A DNA stretch of 64,000 nt from Terriglobia bacterium. Its GTDB lineage: Bacteria > Acidobacteriota > Terriglobia > 20CM-2-55-15. The first letter of the stretch is position 1. Every line of letters begins with the position of its first letter. A program made the translations under genes and the position numbers. The notes under the pieces were generated by a model, which ran no database searches, was not told the origin of the DNA, and worked only from the letters and a program-made list of their open reading frames with translations. Below, piece by piece: positions 28,874-38,022 of the stretch. The stretch is taken from NCBI GenBank assembly GCA_965198225.1, contig CBDAOY010000006.1:864001-928000 (forward strand), given 5' to 3'.

Positions 28874-29509
28874 CTAGCGAATCACGCCGTCCTGGTCCAT
28901 GTGCAGCTCGTTGAACTGACCGTAGGAGTCGGACATATCCAGAGCGATGCTGCCGTGGGTCTTCGAACTCGCGGTTCCCATCTCTGCGTAGGTGTACTCG
29001 AATCCCTCCGGGAGATGTATCCGCGATCGCGACACCCCGCCGGTGAACGGGTTTGGAATCGGCGTTCCACTGGACTCCACCAGGTCCGGAACCTTGATGT
29101 GTCCCTTTCGTTCCCCGACGTCGATCGAGATGTCGATCGGTTTGTAAAGGGTTTCCAGAGTTTCCGACATCGTGCTGTTGTAGACGAAGAAGTGGGTCGC
29201 GAGCGGTGCGGTGGACTCGCCGTGGAGGATCTTGCGCAACGCCTCGCGCTGGTCGACGTTGGCCCTTTCGTCGATGATCACTTGCTCCCTGCCGTTTCCG
29301 TCGGCGATCTCGCCAGGCCACGCCAGGAGCATGACCCAGGTCAGGCCGTCCAGGCGGGTTTCGTTGAAGTATCCCTCGTCGATCATGCCTCCCCCCACGG
29401 CTTCGCACTTGCCGTTGGTCGAGGGTACACCGAACTGGCAGGGGCATCCCCAGTCGCAGTTGCAGTTGACGAATTCTCTGCCGCGCAGCATCCACTTGTC
29501 TGACATCAT
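28874..29509 (-). CDS. DUF1326 domain protein
   Basis: NCNCDWGCPC...C, WPG..ADG, IDERANVDQREAL; AAGGAG RBS. Confidence 0.9.
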   Translation of the reverse strand: MMSDKWMLRGREFVNCNCDWGCPCQFGVPSTNGKCEAVGGGMIDEGYFNETRLDGLTWVMLLAWPGEIADGNGREQVIIDERANVDQREALRKILHGESTAPLATHFFVYNSTMSETLETLYKPIDISIDVGERKGHIKVPDLVESSGTPIPNPFTGGVSRSRIHLPEGFEYTYAEMGTASSKTHGSIALDMSDSYGQFNELHMDQDGVIR

Positions 29510-29537
29510 CGCTCCTTTATGAAACCGCCGCTGTCCT

Positions 29538-30938
29538 TCAAGGTAATATGAGTTTGCCCGCGATCACGAAAACCGGAACCAGAATCACCGTTCTCTGGAG
29601 AAAGATCAGAACCAGGTCGGTGAACTTGAGCGGGAGGATCGAGCGCAGCAGCAGAACGCCGACCTCGGACATGTAGATCAGCTGAGCGACCGACAACCCC
29701 GCGAGCACGAAGCGAGTCAATTCCGCATCGAGGTCCGTCGCCATGACCGCGGGCAGGAACTGGTCGAGGAAACCCACGAGGACTCCCGGGGCGGCCACGT
29801 CCGCGTCGCCCATTCCCATCAGCTCCAGTACAGGCACGAGCGGCAGGGTGAGCCAACCGAACACTGGCGTGTGCCTGCCCAGGATCATCACGAGAACCAC
29901 CAATCCCATGCTCGCTCCGATGACGCCGAAGACGGCTTCGGCCATCGAGCGCAGGGAGCTGCTCACATAGCCTTTGAATCCAGGAGCCCGTTCCGCTCGC
30001 TTGACTGCTTTCTCGAGAGACAGTCGCGCCAGCGAGGTCTCAGCCGCGCGATCTTCCTCGGGCGCCGCCTGAGCTTCGTGGAAGTAGGTATCGGGTTTTC
30101 GCGACAGAGGGGGAATACGTGGCGTGACGGTCGCGACGATAATACAGGCCACCGCAACCGTGATGTACCACGGGAAGAAAACGTGGTCGATGTTGGCGAC
30201 CGAAGCAATCAGCACTGCGAAGGGAACCGAGACGACCGAGAAGTTCGTCGCGACGGCGGCCGCCTCCCGCGCGCTGTAGGATCCGTTACGATACTGTTCG
30301 ATCGTGATCAGCAGGCCGACGCTGGCAGCGGCGACGAAGGAGGCTGTGGCATCGATGGCCGCTCGTCCCGGTAGTCGGAACAGCCGAACGAACAGCGGCC
30401 GCACCAGCGTGCCGACGAACTCCATCGCGCCGTAGTGGGTCAGCAGCGGAAGAAACAGACACGAGGTCACGAAGATCAGCAGCATCTGCTCGCCGATGTC
30501 GACGTAGGCCGCACGTCCGGTGGTTTCGCCGATGATCAGTGGATGACCGGCCTGGAGGTAGAACATCACACCGAACACCGCCCCCAAAATACGCAGGACA
30601 GTCCAGAACGGGGTCGTGTCGAAGATCTGCGTAGCGACTCTGTTCTTCGGCAACCAGGCGAACTTCAACCAGCTGTAAGCAATGCTGGCGAGCGCGGTGA
30701 AGATGCAGATGGTGACCAGGCTCAGCAGGACATAGCTGCCCAGTGCCGTGTGAAGCCGGGACACCATGACGGCAATCGGGATCGTGAAGTTTTCCCCGAC
30801 CTGCACCGGTGCCAGGAACAGGAAAAGCCCCAGGGTCGAGGGTATCGCGAAGCGCGCGATCCTTGCCCCGCTGAGTTGATACTGCGTCGACGTAGACGGT
30901 GGCGCCGCGTTCTCGTCTAGCTCGCTCAAATGGGTCAC
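29538..30938 (-). CDS. YjiH family transporter (nucleoside-recognition Gate domain)
   Basis: RPLFVRLFRLPGRAAIDA, TNFSVVS, QLIYMSEVG; many TM helices. Confidence 0.85.
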   Translation of the reverse strand: MTHLSELDENAAPPSTSTQYQLSGARIARFAIPSTLGLFLFLAPVQVGENFTIPIAVMVSRLHTALGSYVLLSLVTICIFTALASIAYSWLKFAWLPKNRVATQIFDTTPFWTVLRILGAVFGVMFYLQAGHPLIIGETTGRAAYVDIGEQMLLIFVTSCLFLPLLTHYGAMEFVGTLVRPLFVRLFRLPGRAAIDATASFVAAASVGLLITIEQYRNGSYSAREAAAVATNFSVVSVPFAVLIASVANIDHVFFPWYITVAVACIIVATVTPRIPPLSRKPDTYFHEAQAAPEEDRAAETSLARLSLEKAVKRAERAPGFKGYVSSSLRSMAEAVFGVIGASMGLVVLVMILGRHTPVFGWLTLPLVPVLELMGMGDADVAAPGVLVGFLDQFLPAVMATDLDAELTRFVLAGLSVAQLIYMSEVGVLLLRSILPLKFTDLVLIFLQRTVILVPVFVIAGKLILP

Positions 30939-31153
30939 CTCAGGGAGAGATAGGTCATCGCCTGCCTGTTTTCAATGACTTAGCCGTCGCCGGTTCCGGC
31001 GGTACAGCGTAGTATTTCCCGTACTTTAGGTCAAGGGTGTGTCTCGGGGGGTAGTTCGGGCGGCTGGCGCGGTTTGTTCGGGAACGTCGGGGACTTTGGC
31101 GCAGGCAAGAACTCAAACACGCCCGAAAGGCAAACCGCAGCAGCGTAGAACGT

Positions 31154-31585
31154 TTATCCGCCGATGCCGTCGGCGCAGGACTCAGCCACGATGGAATCAA
31201 GTTTCTGCGTTAGATCCAGTGTCTGTTCCCGGAGCATATGCCGGAGTGACACCATTCCCTTCACCGAGCCTTGACTCACAATTGGCAAGTGGCGGACTCG
31301 ATGGGTAACCATCATTCCAATCGCCTCGCCGACCGTAGCATCTGTGGGCAGTGTCCATGCCGGGGAGGTCATCACCTCGCTGATACGGGTAGTCGCGGGA
31401 TCGCGCCGGGGAAGAGCAACTCGGACCATGACATCGCGTTCGGTAAGGACGCCCCGCAGTTGAGTGTTTTCAGCGACGAAGAGAGCTCCAATTTTCTCTT
31501 CCTGCATCAACAAGATCCCCTGGGTAACCGAGGCAGACGGCTCGATCGTCACCGCGGGAACCAGAGCCAGCCTGAGAATACTCAC
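31154..31585 (-). CDS. CBS domain protein
   Basis: GVLTERD, EVMT, RVRHLPIV...GMVS; GGAGAGGAGGA RBS before GTG. Confidence 0.85.
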   Translation of the reverse strand: MSILRLALVPAVTIEPSASVTQGILLMQEEKIGALFVAENTQLRGVLTERDVMVRVALPRRDPATTRISEVMTSPAWTLPTDATVGEAIGMMVTHRVRHLPIVSQGSVKGMVSLRHMLREQTLDLTQKLDSIVAESCADGIGG

Positions 31586-32025
31586 GCTATCCTCCTCTCC
31601 TGCGCCATTCGATGCGACATCGAAAACAGGAAAATCGTTTGCCCAACCTACCACCAAAGTTGATGCCAGGTCCACCGCAAGCCGAGTTGGCGGCGGAGGG
31701 AACGGCGCAGTCTCTGTATCCGTCCAATGCTGGCGCAGAATATTTTCTTCAACCAAGAACCCGCCTCTGTCTCATCTCTCGCCGTTCTGGTCACTTAGAG
31801 AGTGCGCAAATCTTTCGCGTTGACGGGGCCCTGAGCACGGCGGATTCTCTACAGTGCGTTGGGATCGTTTGGTTCGCGACCAGGCCGATCATTGTGCACG
31901 GTGCCCGAACGAATTGTGGGTTGCCCCCGCAGTCCGTTCAGACATTGAACAAAGACTCATCGATCGAGAGTCCCTGCCCAATTGACCGACCTGGCGCATG
32001 CACATTGCCGCGGAGATGTGGATGT

Positions 32026-32053
32026 AGCGCCAGCCGATCCCGGCGCTTTTTTT
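32026..32053 (+). terminator. Possible intrinsic terminator
   Basis: AGCGCC...GGCGCT stem followed by a T run. Confidence 0.4.
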
Positions 32054-32126
32054 GTGGTCCTCCCGACTTGACCTTGCGCGTCTTCTCCGACCCGAGGGTC
32101 AGCGCCACAGGTCTGTTTCCCTTTAG

Positions 32127-32590
32127 ATTACATACAAGAATTTCCAGTACATCATCGACGGCGATTCAGGCGGAGGTCGTGAGCCTTGTTCGAATCATGA
32201 CACCTCCCAGGTCAATGTCCAGACTCGAGTCGCTCAAAGTCTCCTGAACCTCGAGTTGATGACCGACGATTATGGTCTGGACGTCCTTCATATTGCACAT
32301 CACGGCAGTGAGAGCAGCACACCCGCTTCTTACTTCAATCTCGTCAAGCCGGAGGTTGGACTTATCCGTGGGTGTGACGCAGGGAATGTTTCGACATCCT
32401 CGGGAAGATGTCGTGGACAAAATACTTCTGGATGGACCTCTTAGACCTACAACAGAATGTGGTTTGATCGATCCACTCGTCGAGCTTCTTCAGACTGAGG
32501 ACGGCAAAGAAGGGACATCGAGCACCGGAAAAACGAGTTTCAGCGGAAAGACCGTCGGAAACATCAAGCTCGTAACAGATGGCGAGACTA
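32127..32590 (+). pseudogene. ComEC/Rec2-like MBL-fold hydrolase fragment, frameshifted near 32365
   Basis: ITYKNFQYIIDGD...LDVLHIAHHGSESST...VKPEVGLI, then in another frame SVGVTQGMFRHPREDV; no N-terminus. Confidence 0.7.
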
Positions 32591-32786
32591 ACGTCGAGAA
32601 AGCCGCTGATGATCACGCCAGCCGCTGCCGCCGGACACGTCCTCAACTGTCTCGAACAGCGCCCGATGCAACTCAGCGCCCCCAAGATCGCCGGAGTGTT
32701 CGTGCGGGGCGTGCGCTGGGTGCAGTCGCTTCGAGTCTGGACCTCGTAAACCAGGCGCGTGATAGGCGCTGATGGCGGTCGCAGGC

Positions 32787-32933
32787 CTACCTACTCGGCA
32801 CAAGCCGAAATCGGAAGAATCGAAGCCCGCAATCCCGACAACGCCAAGGCAGCACAATCAGGGACATCAGCTTCTCACGGAAACTTCGATGGGAGCGCCG
32901 AACAGACACAGAGCCACATCCTGGGCATTTCAT
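32787..32933 (-). CDS. Small zinc-ribbon protein (48 aa)
   Basis: MKCPGCGS..RRSHR...PWRCRDCGLRFF, two CxxC pairs. Confidence 0.65.
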   Translation of the reverse strand: MKCPGCGSVSVRRSHRSFREKLMSLIVLPWRCRDCGLRFFRFRLVPSR

Positions 32934-33069
32934 AAGCACGTAATCTTTACGGCCATGCCATCGTGTCATGGGGACACGAAAATGCAAACGGGATTGCCGT
33001 GTTCAAGTCGGGGGCGGATCTAGCGAGTGAAGCGCCGGGGAGCACGGGCGAAGAAAGGGGTTACGGACG

Positions 33070-33290
33070 GTTGAGGCGGCCTCTTCTCGAACGGGAAATC
33101 TGATGTGCCGACCCTCCTCGGCAAGCACACGGTCGGAATCGGATTGCGCAATGTCACTCAATAAGGGGATATCATCGGGTGTACCGACTCTCCCAAGTCC
33201 TGGCACGGCCGCCCATCTTGTTCCCGTATAACTGTCCGCTGTCGCTGAGACAAGGGCCTGCTTGATGAAGATCCCTGAAAGGAAGGGGTG
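33070..33290 (-). pseudogene. HEAT-repeat protein fragment
   Basis: TRWAAVPGLGRVGTPDDIPLLSDIAQSD...VREEAA; no plausible start. Confidence 0.45.
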
Positions 33291-33294
33291 AAGT

Positions 33295-33972
33295 ATGGCG
33301 TCCCCGCTAATCGATCCCAAGCTCGAGGTGGTGCTCGATCGTCTGCACACGCAGAGCGACGTGCAAGTGGAAGCGATCGACGCACACCTCGCGCAACGGG
33401 CGAAGGAAGGCACCCTCGACCAGGAGCGCCCCTTCGATGACGAATTGCATCGCTTCTTATCAGACAAGATGGTGGCGCTTGACCGGGAGAAGGCTCAGTT
33501 CTGCTACCTGCTGTGCCGGTCCTTGCGAGCGACCCGCATCGTGGAGGCGGGCACTTCGTTCGGCGTCTCTACCCTCTATCTTGCCGCCGCGGTGCGCGAC
33601 AACCAAGTCGAGAACGGCGTGGTCATTGGAACGGAATACGAGCCGAAGAAGGCCGAAGCCGCGCGTGCGAACTTTGAGGAGGCGGGGCTCAGCGAGTTCA
33701 TCGAACTGCGCGAGGGCGACCTTCGTGAGACGCTCCAAGACGTTGGCGGTCCCGTGGACTTCATGCTGATTGATATCTGGGAAGTAGCACTGCCCGCTCT
33801 TCGGCTCGTGTCACAGAGCCTGCGTCCAGGGGCCATCGTTGCGACTGACAATACCGTGGCATACGCCGACAGTTACCGCGACTACTTCGAGTACGTGAAC
33901 GACCCGAAGAACCACTTCCGCACGCTGGCCGTCCCGTTCGACGGCGGTTTCGAGCTAACAGTGCGCACCTGA
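33295..33972 (+). CDS. Class I SAM-dependent O-methyltransferase
   Basis: IVEAGTSFGVSTLYLA, GDLRETL, DFMLIDIW, LRPGAIVATDN. Confidence 0.9.
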   Translation: MASPLIDPKLEVVLDRLHTQSDVQVEAIDAHLAQRAKEGTLDQERPFDDELHRFLSDKMVALDREKAQFCYLLCRSLRATRIVEAGTSFGVSTLYLAAAVRDNQVENGVVIGTEYEPKKAEAARANFEEAGLSEFIELREGDLRETLQDVGGPVDFMLIDIWEVALPALRLVSQSLRPGAIVATDNTVAYADSYRDYFEYVNDPKNHFRTLAVPFDGGFELTVRT

Positions 33973-34165
33973 CTGGCATCTCCGTCGCGCTCAACTGCCG
34001 GCAGGTGATGAGCGGCGTTACTGCCCCCCCACCAGCGTCTTCTCCATGTACTCCCCACGGCACTTCGGACACTTCGCCGGCTCCGACAGCAAGCAGCTCA
34101 GGACAGGTGGCGTGAGTCTTCCAATCTGCCGTTTCCTCAATAGCCATTGCTGTCAATCGGCACGA

Positions 34166-34918
34166 CTATCTCGGAGACGATCTTCGGAACGCAATAGCTA
34201 TAACCGCTGCGATCTCCTCCTCGAGCGGTGTTGTCGGCGCGGCATTTGTTTGTAGCGATGGCCCGACAAAGTCTTCTGGTCGTTCCACGCTCGATTCGCC
34301 CAGCGCGTACAGATAGTTCTCTAGTACCGAGCGGGCTTCTCGAACGAACGCGGAAGTGGCGTCAAGCTGACCGGTTCCTACAAGTTGTTCGATACCTTGG
34401 TAGAAGTCGCGAACTAACCACATCGGATGTGTGTCCGCAGGGTACTTGGGCGCCAGCGTCACCACTACCTGACTATTAAAGGAAAAGTCCAGGACAGGTA
34501 CGAGTTGTTCCCGAATGATATCCGGAGCCACGTCGAAGCCGACGTTTGCCATTTCCCCACCGCGAAAGTAGGCGTTGGTAAAGCCGGGCAACTTGTCGGT
34601 GATAATCCTGTATCCGCTCAACGTCTCCCCAGGATGAATGGCAGACACATACCGATCGACGACGCTGCGGGGATCGTTCTTGTACCAACTGAGCAAGCCG
34701 CCGGTTTCCTGGTTGGACAACGTATCCCGAACAATGGAAATTCCAGACCGACTCCGTCCACTGCCCCAGAAATTCGGGGTTTCCGTGCGGTCGCTGTCGG
34801 AAATTTCAGGTAGGACCAGATTCCAAACCATTACTGGCAACTTCGCACTCGGACCGTTCCGGACTGTGTACTCGTACTCTAACGTTCCTTCCTCCTGCTC
34901 ACGTAGCGCGACACGCAT
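34166..34918 (-). CDS. Hypothetical protein, probably 5'-truncated
   Basis: 250-aa ORF with protein-like composition and visibly lower GC; no family recognised. Confidence 0.5.
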   Translation of the reverse strand: MRVALREQEEGTLEYEYTVRNGPSAKLPVMVWNLVLPEISDSDRTETPNFWGSGRSRSGISIVRDTLSNQETGGLLSWYKNDPRSVVDRYVSAIHPGETLSGYRIITDKLPGFTNAYFRGGEMANVGFDVAPDIIREQLVPVLDFSFNSQVVVTLAPKYPADTHPMWLVRDFYQGIEQLVGTGQLDATSAFVREARSVLENYLYALGESSVERPEDFVGPSLQTNAAPTTPLEEEIAAVIAIAFRRSSPR

Positions 34919-35074
34919 CGTGGGCTGTACGTTTCGCTGCAGAAGAACCCGTATGATCTTTAGGCGTCCCGGATTCTTTGAGAAGCCGGGTGTGCCGAGG
35001 TTTTCCGATGGGCTCGACCGCGATCATGAAGGAGACGGTCTAGGGAACCGACAGCCGCCCCCTACAAATGCAAA

Positions 35075-35112
35075 TTAGGCCCTATTTCTCGGATATGAAA
35101 AATAGGGCCTAA
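35075..35112 (-). terminator. Hairpin just downstream of tRNA-Ala
   Basis: TTAGGCCCTATTT...AAATAGGGCCTAA, a perfect 13-bp inverted repeat. Confidence 0.6.
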
Positions 35113-35132
35113 CTCATCTGTCGTCTATCAAG

Positions 35133-35205
35133 TGGACCTGACGGGGATCGAACCCGTGACCTCATGACTGCCAGTCATGCGCGCTCCCAGCTGCGCCACA
35201 GGCCC
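35133..35205 (-). tRNA. tRNA-Ala(GGC), CCA not fully encoded
   Basis: GGGCCTGTGGCGCAGCTGGGAGCGCGCATGACT-GGC-AGTCATGAGGTCACGGGTTCGATCCCCGTCAGGTCCA; G3:U70 Ala identity pair. Confidence 0.96.
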
Positions 35206-35279
35206 ACAACCTCTGAGTTTCATCCTAACGAAAAGGGTAAGGCGGGTCAATTTTCGATCACCGCCTTCTGGTTAGGACT

Positions 35280-35374
35280 TCATTCGATCCGGACCCGCCC
35301 GCTCCGGCTGACAACGACCCGCTTTCGGGCGCCTCGCTCATTCCAGACGAAGATGCTGGCCATCGGGGATACGT
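35280..35374 (-). pseudogene. C-terminal stub of a gene cut by IS21, possibly a GspH/FimT pseudopilin
   Basis: ...SIFVWNERGARKRVVVSRSGRVRIE* resembles FimT/GspH C-termini and abuts the IS21 left end. Confidence 0.4.
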
Positions 35375-35486
35375 CCTCGGCGGTCACCCAAAACCGGCCA
35401 ATGGTGGTCACCTGAAAACCGGCCAACGAACATAGATAAGCCCGGGACATTGACACCGACGGGAAGCCGAAACAGGCTCCGTCGGC

Positions 35487-37127
35487 ATGAGCAATGTCTT
35501 GAGCACAGAAAAGAGAGAGCAAGTTGTTGCATTGGGGCGGCTTGGATGGCCGCTGCGTCGGATCGAACAGACCACCGGCGTGCGTCGTGAGACGGCCAGT
35601 GCGTATCTGAGAGCGGCCGGAATCCCCATTCGGCCGCCCGGGAGTTGGGGCCGGCGACCGGCAAAACCGGCCAACGAGGTGACCACCGACCCGGACGGCG
35701 TAAATGGTGTCGTTGAGGGGTTTGGCGGTTCCGATACTTCAAAACCGGCCAACGAAGTGACCACCGACCCGGAGGCCGAGAATCCGGTCTCGGCAGAGTC
35801 GTCGGCTCCCCCTCCAAGCCCACCGTCGGGCAGTTCCTGCGAGCCGTACCGGGAGACCATCCAACAGGCGCTGGAGCGTGGCCGCAACGCGATGGCGATC
35901 TGGCAGGACCTGGTCACGGATCACGGTTTTGTCGGCAGCTACGAATCGGTCAAGCGTTTCGTTCGCAAACTCCGGGGAGTGCGATCCCCGGAAGCGGTCG
36001 GAATCATCCAGACCGGAGCTGGAGAGGAAGCGCAGGTCGACTACGGGACCGGACCGATGGTCCGGGATCCGAAGACGGGCAAGTACCGACGGACGCGGCT
36101 GTTCGTGATGACGTTGGGCTACAGCCGCAAATCGGTCCGGCTGCTGACGTTCAAGTCCAGTTCCCGCATCTGGGCCCAGTTGCACGAGACCGCGTTCCGC
36201 CGACTCGGCGGCACTCCCCGCCTCATCGTGCTGGATAACCTGCGCGAAGGCGTGATCGTCCCGGACCATTACGACCCCACCCTGAATCCGTTGTTTCGAG
36301 ATGTCCTGACCCATTACGGCGTGGTGGCCATGCCATGCCGGGTGCGCGATCCAGACCGCAAAGGCAAAGTCGAATCCGGTGTCGGGCACGCCCAGAAGAC
36401 CCCATTGAAGGGACAGCGCTTCGAGAGCCTCGACCAGGCCCAGGGGTATCTGGATCGCTGGGAAGTCCGATGGGCCGACACCCGCATCCACGGCACGACC
36501 AAGCGGCAGGTGGCGGCCATGTTCGCCGAAGAGAAACCATCTCTTAAGCCGCTGCCGATCGAACCGTTTCGCTATTACCAATTCGGTGAACGTGTCGTCC
36601 ATCTCGACGGTTGCGTCGAAGTCGAAGCCGCCTATTACAGTGTACCGCCGGGCTGGATCGGACGGGGTGTCAAGGTCCAGTGGGACACGCTTCACGTCCG
36701 GATCCTGGACCCAAACACCTATCCACTCCTCCGCGAGCATGTCCGCCAGAAGCGGGGTGGATACCGTGTCCGTGCTGAAGACAACCCGAAGAAAACCCCG
36801 TTAACGACGGTGCAACTGCTGGCCCGAGCCCGCCGCGCTGGCACCCACATCGGCACACTCTGTGACGCCATTCACCGCCGACAAGGGGAAGCTGCGGTCC
36901 GCCGCATCCTGGGTGTGCTCTCCCTGGCCAAGAAGTACGGTGTCTCCGCCGTGGAGGATGCTTCGGCTGCGGCACTGGAACTCCACGTCTACGAGTATCG
37001 TTTCGTCCGCCGCTATCTGGAGCGGCGACCTCCACTCGCCCTGCGTCAGGTCGATCCTCTCATTCGCGAACTGACTCAGTATCGCGATCTCATCAACCTC
37101 AAAATCCAGGAGCAGGAACACTCATGA
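35487..37127 (+). CDS. istA: IS21 family transposase
   Basis: EEAQVDYG, LGYSR, VLDNL, RKGKVESGV (DDE), RIHGTT. Confidence 0.95.
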   Translation: MSNVLSTEKREQVVALGRLGWPLRRIEQTTGVRRETASAYLRAAGIPIRPPGSWGRRPAKPANEVTTDPDGVNGVVEGFGGSDTSKPANEVTTDPEAENPVSAESSAPPPSPPSGSSCEPYRETIQQALERGRNAMAIWQDLVTDHGFVGSYESVKRFVRKLRGVRSPEAVGIIQTGAGEEAQVDYGTGPMVRDPKTGKYRRTRLFVMTLGYSRKSVRLLTFKSSSRIWAQLHETAFRRLGGTPRLIVLDNLREGVIVPDHYDPTLNPLFRDVLTHYGVVAMPCRVRDPDRKGKVESGVGHAQKTPLKGQRFESLDQAQGYLDRWEVRWADTRIHGTTKRQVAAMFAEEKPSLKPLPIEPFRYYQFGERVVHLDGCVEVEAAYYSVPPGWIGRGVKVQWDTLHVRILDPNTYPLLREHVRQKRGGYRVRAEDNPKKTPLTTVQLLARARRAGTHIGTLCDAIHRRQGEAAVRRILGVLSLAKKYGVSAVEDASAAALELHVYEYRFVRRYLERRPPLALRQVDPLIRELTQYRDLINLKIQEQEHS

Positions 37128-37879
37128 ATCTGATCGAACTCCAGCGGGCTCTCCGACAACTCCGGCTCGGCGGCATTGCCGAGGTGTTGGAAACACGCCT
37201 CCACCAGGCCCAGACCGAAGCCATGGCGCCGATCGACTTGGTCTCTCGTCTGGTCTCGGATGAACTGGACCGTCGCAGCATCCGGTTGTTGGAACGGCGT
37301 CGGAAACAGGCCCGGTTCCGCGATCCCCAGAAGACGCTCGACTCCTTCGACTTTACTTTCAACAAGAAGATGAATCGTAGTCTGGTCTTCGACCTGGCGA
37401 CGGGCGCCTTCATCTCCAGGCACGACGATGCCTTGTTTCTCGGTCCTCCTGGCACCGGCAAGAGTCATCTGGCTCAGGCCATCGGCTTGGCTGCCATTGA
37501 GCAGGGCTATCGGGTCGTCTACCGTGAAACTCATGCGCTTCTCGACGACATCGCCGAAGCCACCATTGACGGTACCCGAAAGGAGTGCATGGAAGCTTTG
37601 GCGACGGTCCCGCTGCTGATCATCGACGATCTGGGGATGCGGAAGCTTCCTCCCACTGCAGCAGAGGAACTCCTCGAGATCGTGATGCGACGCTATGAAC
37701 GGACCAGTACGTTACTGACATCGAATCGACCCGTCCAAGACTGGGGAAAACTACTGGGTGATAGCGCCGCCGTCACAGCCATGCTGGACCGGCTGCTCCA
37801 TCACGGCCACATCCTCAAATGCGGCCCTCGGAGTTGGAGGACTAAAACGGGCTTGCCGAGTCCAGTCCCAAAGAGGTAG
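37124..37879 (+). CDS. istB: IS21 helper ATPase
   Basis: GPPGTGKSHLA, LLIIDDLG, TSNRP, LDRLLHH; ATGA overlap with istA. Confidence 0.95.
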   Translation: MNLIELQRALRQLRLGGIAEVLETRLHQAQTEAMAPIDLVSRLVSDELDRRSIRLLERRRKQARFRDPQKTLDSFDFTFNKKMNRSLVFDLATGAFISRHDDALFLGPPGTGKSHLAQAIGLAAIEQGYRVVYRETHALLDDIAEATIDGTRKECMEALATVPLLIIDDLGMRKLPPTAAEELLEIVMRRYERTSTLLTSNRPVQDWGKLLGDSAAVTAMLDRLLHHGHILKCGPRSWRTKTGLPSPVPKR

Positions 37880-38022
37880 AACAACACCGTCCCGGGCCAT
37901 CCCCGTTGGCCGGTTTTGAAGTGACCATCGTTGGCCGGTTTTGAGGTGACCACTGAGGTTGTTATGGCTGGCTGGAACGATCAAGGCCCCCCACGCTGCA
38001 GCAGGGCCAAGTACTCCGTGAT

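Larger units (their letters stand above)
35375..37958 (+). mobile_element. IS21-family insertion sequence
   Basis: Inverted ends CCTC(G/A)G(C/T)GGTCACC..AAAACCGGCCAA with tandem subterminal repeats, enclosing istA-istB; no target duplication. Confidence 0.9.

Noticed and set aside
31120-31150. GGCAAACC resembling a c-di-GMP-I riboswitch
   Set aside because: The GAAA tetraloop stem and GACGCAAA partner motif are missing.
34960-35075. Integrase remnant next to the tRNA
   Set aside because: No tyrosine or serine recombinase motif found in the frames read.
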